A stretch of DNA of 64,000 nucleotides from contig CDROCS010001089.1 of assembly GCA_977020255.1 (NCBI GenBank), positions 682,001 to 746,000 of the forward strand. The letters are read 5' to 3'. A program made the translations under genes and the position numbers. Within the stretch, counting starts at the first letter, position 1; each line of letters starts with the position of its first letter. This stretch comes from Obrimoposthia wandeli. Taxonomy: Eukaryota. Below the pieces are notes generated by a model. The model searched no databases, was not told where the DNA came from, and saw nothing but the letters and a program-made list of their open reading frames with translations. Of this stretch, positions 60,015 through 64,000 are shown piece by piece.

Positions 60015-60602
60015 TTAGGCTTTTTTCCATATCAGCAATTGATTATTAGCGGGCATGCTGATGTCTGTTACTAAGCGTAATTGTTGCGCGTTGGCTAAAA
60101 TTTCTATTGCTTCAAAATCACGAATGCCGCTTTCGTTATCTCTGTTTTTTAACCACTGCTCAAAATTTTCATTAGAGGGGCTAGTGAATTCGCCTGCATA
60201 CTTGAACGGACCATAGCAGCAGAAGTAACCGTCACTATGTAAACGATCCGCTAAATTGGCAAACAAATTTTGTACACTTTGCCAGCTCATAATGTGTAGT
60301 GAATTGGCAGTATAAACAAGATCATATTGCGCGTTAGGCCAACTGCCATTAACATCTAGCTCAATAGGAGTTTTAATATTGGCAAGCTCTGCGTTTTGGA
60401 TATTAATGGCCAGTGCGTCTAGCCACATATCGCGATCAGCGCACTGCCATTGCAGCTTAGGTAACTGGCTGCAAAAGTGCAGTGCGTGTTGGCCTGAGCC
60501 GCTACCTATCTCAAGTGCATTTTGGCTTTGTTCTAACCAAGGTAATAACTGGTCATATATAACCTGTTGGTTACGCGCACAAGATTCGCTGAAATTAAGC
60601 AT
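60015..60602 (-). CDS. DUF938 class I SAM-dependent methyltransferase
   Basis: LEIGSGSGQH, YGPF, SNENFEQWL, GIRD, MPANN. Confidence 0.88.
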   Translation of the reverse strand: MLNFSESCARNQQVIYDQLLPWLEQSQNALEIGSGSGQHALHFCSQLPKLQWQCADRDMWLDALAINIQNAELANIKTPIELDVNGSWPNAQYDLVYTANSLHIMSWQSVQNLFANLADRLHSDGYFCCYGPFKYAGEFTSPSNENFEQWLKNRDNESGIRDFEAIEILANAQQLRLVTDISMPANNQLLIWKKA

Positions 60603-61323
60603 GCTCTTTTCTCGCCAAATATACGGTACCCACCGAAATGCCACCGGTGACAGGGTTTTCAAACTCGATCAAATGCGCTTCGCTGCTGGCAAAAACTGAT
60701 TTTAAATGCTCAGTGAAGCTATCAATAGGGGGGCCATCAGACCATAGACCAAACAAACCGTCATCTTTTAAGTGGCTGGCTAGCTCTGTTAAACCTTGCT
60801 GCGTGTATAAATGCGCATTGCTAGGGTTGAGCAAGTTAGTCGGGGTGTGGTCGATATCTAGCAAGATGACATCGTATTTTCTATCGCTTTGCTGCGCGTG
60901 ATAACTGTTTTGGGTATCTTGAGAGAGCGCGAAAAAATCACCTTGTACAAACTCGCAACGTACGTCATCAGTTAATCTTTTGCTCATCGGCACTAAGCCT
61001 GCATTGTGCCAATCTATCACGCCCTGTAGATAATCAACCACGGTTAAAGAGCCCACTTTTGGATCTTCTAAAGCGACGGCAGCAGTGTAGCCTAGGCCTA
61101 AACCACCAATCACTACGTCGAGCTGTTCTTTTTCAGTGGCTGCGAGCACTATTTTGCTGAGCTGGTCTTCAGATTCGTGAAATAGACTGGTCATTAAAAA
61201 ATCGTCTCCTAAGATGATTTCATAAATGTCTAAATCGCCAAACTGCGCCATACGACGTCTACGTAAGCGCAAATCGCCGATAGGGGTGGGTCTGTAATCT
61301 AGCTCTTCAAATAACTTGCTCAT
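60595..61323 (-). CDS. Spermidine-synthase-like SAM-binding protein
   Basis: VIGGLGLGYT, GDFF, ILLDID. Confidence 0.8.
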   Translation of the reverse strand: MSKLFEELDYRPTPIGDLRLRRRRMAQFGDLDIYEIILGDDFLMTSLFHESEDQLSKIVLAATEKEQLDVVIGGLGLGYTAAVALEDPKVGSLTVVDYLQGVIDWHNAGLVPMSKRLTDDVRCEFVQGDFFALSQDTQNSYHAQQSDRKYDVILLDIDHTPTNLLNPSNAHLYTQQGLTELASHLKDDGLFGLWSDGPPIDSFTEHLKSVFASSEAHLIEFENPVTGGISVGTVYLARKEHA

Positions 61324-61386
61324 TATTTATCTATCCCTTTTCTTTGGATTACCGCATTTATAATATTTCAACTCGTAACTCGGTAT

Positions 61387-63612
61387 TTAAACCGCCTGCA
61401 AAGTGGTGAAGCCTAACACTAGCCACTTAATACCCACATCATCGAAGTTGACTTGCACGCGGGTTTTTGCGCCACTGCCTTCAGCGCTGAGCACAATACC
61501 TTCGCCGAAGCTGTCATGGAAAACGCGCTGGCCAATATGTAAACCGCTGCTTTGCTCTGCTTCTTGGGTGTACATATTAGTTTTAGGTCTGGCGGTTAAC
61601 GGGCGACTCACCGATGCATTGAGACGTACTTCTTCAATTAGCTCTAAAGGAATCTCGTTGATAAAACGTGAAGGACGGTTATATGTTTCTTGGCCATACA
61701 TACGCCTTGATTCAGCATAGGTTATGTACAGCTGTTTCATGGCACGGGTGATGCCTACGTAACATAGGCGGCGTTCTTCTTCCATACGCCCTGCTTCTTC
61801 GGCTGATTTGTTGCCGGGGAACAAGCCTTCTTCTACGCCGACCATAAATACGAGTGGGAATTCTAAGCCCTTGGCAGAGTGTAATGTCATCAACTGCACG
61901 CTGTCTTGGTGTTCATCTGCTTGGGTTTCGCCAGCGTCAAGAGCCGCTTGGTCTAAGAAATCAGCAAGAGCTGAGCTACCTGTGCTCAGTTCTTCATCTA
62001 TCTTATTTCCTTCACCATCGCTTTCAAGTTCAGTATCAATCCACTGATAGTTAAACTGTTTAGCAGCGTTAACCAGTTCTTCTAAGTTTTCGATACGTGA
62101 TTGTGCTTTTTCGCCTTTCTCTTTTAGATGATGCTCTATTAAGCCGCTGAGTTGAATTGCGTGATCGGTAAGTTCTTCAAGCTTCGTGCCTTGGGTATCG
62201 CTATCTAACTGGTTTATTAAATTTAAAAATCCTTGTAGTGCATCGCAGGCATTTTTAGGAATTTTTTTGTATTCAACCACTTCGTTGGCTGCGCGCCACA
62301 TCGAAATGTTTTCAGCGCGCGCTTGCTCGCGAATCACTTCAATAGTGCGGGTGCCGATACGACGGCTCGGTACATTGATTATTCGCTCCATCGCAGTGTC
62401 GTCATCACGACTCGCAACTAAACGCATATAGGCGATGGCGTTTTTAATTTCGAGACGATCATAAAAACGATGGCCGCCATATATCTTGTAGGGCACACCG
62501 GCTCGAATTAAGCTTTCTTCCATCACCCGTGACTGTGCGTTAGAGCGGTATAAAATGGCAGATTCAGCGCGTAGGTTGCCTTCTTCTTGCCATTTTTGAA
62601 TTTGCCCCACTACAAAGCGCGCTTCATCTTGCTCGTTAAAAGCAGCATATAACGAAATCTTGTCGCCAGCTGAGTCTTCTGTCCATAATTGCTTACCTAA
62701 ACGGCCGCTGTTATTGGCGATAACGGCGTTCGCAGCCTCTAGAATAGTGCTCGTAGAACGGTAGTTTTGCTCTAACTTAATAGTCGCTGCACCAGGGAAA
62801 TGTTCTTTAAAATGCTGAATATTCTCAATTTTAGCACCGCGCCAACCGTAGATAGATTGATCGTCATCGCCCACTGCCATTAATTTGCGCTCGTGCCCGG
62901 TTAGTAAGCGCAACCAAGCGTATTGAATGGCGTTAGTATCTTGAAATTCGTCAACTAGAATGTAACGAAAACGTTCTTGATAATGCATCAATAAATTAGG
63001 CTTTAAATCACGTAGCAACTCTAAACAACGCAATAGTAATTCACCAAAATCGATCATGCCACCACGATTACAACTTTCTTCGTACGCTTCATAAACTTTG
63101 ATGAACATTTGTTCTTGTGGGTCATTGCTGCGCTCAATATGGTGACTGCGTAAGCCTTCATCTTTCTGTGAGTTGATATACCACTGAAATTGCTTAGCAG
63201 GCCACTGTTTGTCATCTAACGCGAGATCTTTACAAATGCGCTTTAGCAGGCGATGTTGATCTTCGCTGTCCATAATTTGAAAGTTTTGCAATAAACCTGC
63301 ATCTTGCCAATGAGTACGTAAAATACGATGGGCTAAACCGTGGAAAGTACCTACCCACATCCCCTGTGGGTTAACGCCCAATAAGCTTTCAATGCGCGAG
63401 CGCATCTCTTTTGCCGCTTTATTGGTAAAGGTTACCGCTAAAATAGAATAGGGAGAAATATCTTCAGTTTGCACTAACCAAGCAATGCGATGGATAAGTA
63501 CTCGCGTTTTACCAGAGCCTGCACCCGCTAGCACTAACAAGTTTTCAAGGGGTGCGGTAACGGCTTGACGCTGTGCGTCGTTCAAACCATCAATTATTGC
63601 TGTAACGTCCAT
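61387..63612 (-). CDS. uvrD: DNA helicase II
   Basis: AGAGSGKT, VDEFQDTN, VGDDDQSIYGWRG, QNYRS, TLHSAKGLEF, EEERRLCYVGITRA. Confidence 0.97.
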   Translation of the reverse strand: MDVTAIIDGLNDAQRQAVTAPLENLLVLAGAGSGKTRVLIHRIAWLVQTEDISPYSILAVTFTNKAAKEMRSRIESLLGVNPQGMWVGTFHGLAHRILRTHWQDAGLLQNFQIMDSEDQHRLLKRICKDLALDDKQWPAKQFQWYINSQKDEGLRSHHIERSNDPQEQMFIKVYEAYEESCNRGGMIDFGELLLRCLELLRDLKPNLLMHYQERFRYILVDEFQDTNAIQYAWLRLLTGHERKLMAVGDDDQSIYGWRGAKIENIQHFKEHFPGAATIKLEQNYRSTSTILEAANAVIANNSGRLGKQLWTEDSAGDKISLYAAFNEQDEARFVVGQIQKWQEEGNLRAESAILYRSNAQSRVMEESLIRAGVPYKIYGGHRFYDRLEIKNAIAYMRLVASRDDDTAMERIINVPSRRIGTRTIEVIREQARAENISMWRAANEVVEYKKIPKNACDALQGFLNLINQLDSDTQGTKLEELTDHAIQLSGLIEHHLKEKGEKAQSRIENLEELVNAAKQFNYQWIDTELESDGEGNKIDEELSTGSSALADFLDQAALDAGETQADEHQDSVQLMTLHSAKGLEFPLVFMVGVEEGLFPGNKSAEEAGRMEEERRLCYVGITRAMKQLYITYAESRRMYGQETYNRPSRFINEIPLELIEEVRLNASVSRPLTARPKTNMYTQEAEQSSGLHIGQRVFHDSFGEGIVLSAEGSGAKTRVQVNFDDVGIKWLVLGFTTLQAV

Positions 63613-63652
63613 AACAGGCCTTTAGTAATCAATCAGTGAATCAAACTGCTAT

Positions 63653-64000
63653 TTAAACAGGAAGTGAAGAAGGGTTAGCGCGGCGGTACAACAGTACTGC
63701 TTTTATCTCGTCGGGATCTAAAATCACCATTTTGCTGCTATCGCGGCCGGCTTGTGCTACGCCAAAAGCTGGGATTAAGCGCGATAGCCAAAAACGCATC
63801 GCCGCGGTTTGGGTCATTTGTGGCCAGGCGTGGCGCTCTTCGTCAGTAAAAGCACGGCTATCATTGTAAGCGGTTAAAAGCGCTTGCTCTAACTCACTAT
63901 CGATGTTGTTGTCAGCATCGCGACACCAATCGTTGGCAACTATGGCTAAGTCAAATAGCATATAAGCGGTGGCTGAATTGTATATATCAATAATGGCATC
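63653..64000 (-). CDS. thrB: Type II homoserine kinase (APH fold), 5'-truncated by the window edge
   Basis: IIDIYNS...LFDLAIVANDWC, RFWLSRL; frame open to position 64000. Confidence 0.75.
   Translation of the reverse strand, partial: DAIIDIYNSATAYMLFDLAIVANDWCRDADNNIDSELEQALLTAYNDSRAFTDEERHAWPQMTQTAAMRFWLSRLIPAFGVAQAGRDSSKMVILDPDEIKAVLLYRRANPSSLPV

Noticed and set aside
1418-62431. Many short ORF-track entries overlapping longer genes (e.g. 1418-1771, 2990-3340, 13672-13980, 29334-29675, 54138-54602, 61403-61720)
   Set aside because: Antisense or alternate-frame shadows of well-supported genes, with no motifs.
1-64000. tRNA, rRNA, integron attC array, intact prophage or defence genes
   Set aside because: None recognisable by eye; tRNAscan, Rfam, IntegronFinder and DefenseFinder would confirm.

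Overview
Gammaproteobacterial chromosomal window (inferred from UvrD, OprD porin, sigma54 TCS and type II homoserine kinase; no rRNA, tRNA or CRISPR seen). Layout: 0-11 kb redox/detox genes (AHL-lactonase-like enzyme, OprD porin, SDR, aldo-keto reductase, Old Yellow Enzyme, GST) among LysR regulators. 11-18 kb LysR-controlled catabolic operon (class III aminotransferase, 3-oxoacid CoA-transferase A/B, ArgE-type deacylase, thiolase). 18-22 kb phnN, metY, AlkB-family, OsmC-family. 22.5-40 kb AT-rich accessory region: an IS1182 split by a 2.55-kb unit bounded by a MITE and an IS4 (9-bp target duplication), IS6/IS3 remnants, a GGDEF-EAL protein, a FimB/E-type recombinase remnant, a RAYT-like Y1 transposase with terminal inverted repeats, and a MerR-controlled copper cluster, ending at a Qnr-like pentapeptide gene. 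41-60 kb amino-acid/osmolyte catabolic genes, including a sigma54 TCS-OFA transporter unit and a TmpA-like dioxygenase paired with an atypical HD-domain protein. 60-64 kb core genes (methyltransferases, uvrD, partial thrB). Two MITE families, four gene relics missing from the ORF track as such, and several regulatory sites were read directly from the sequence. All functional calls come from motif recognition without database searches. Several starts were moved downstream of the ORF-track start.
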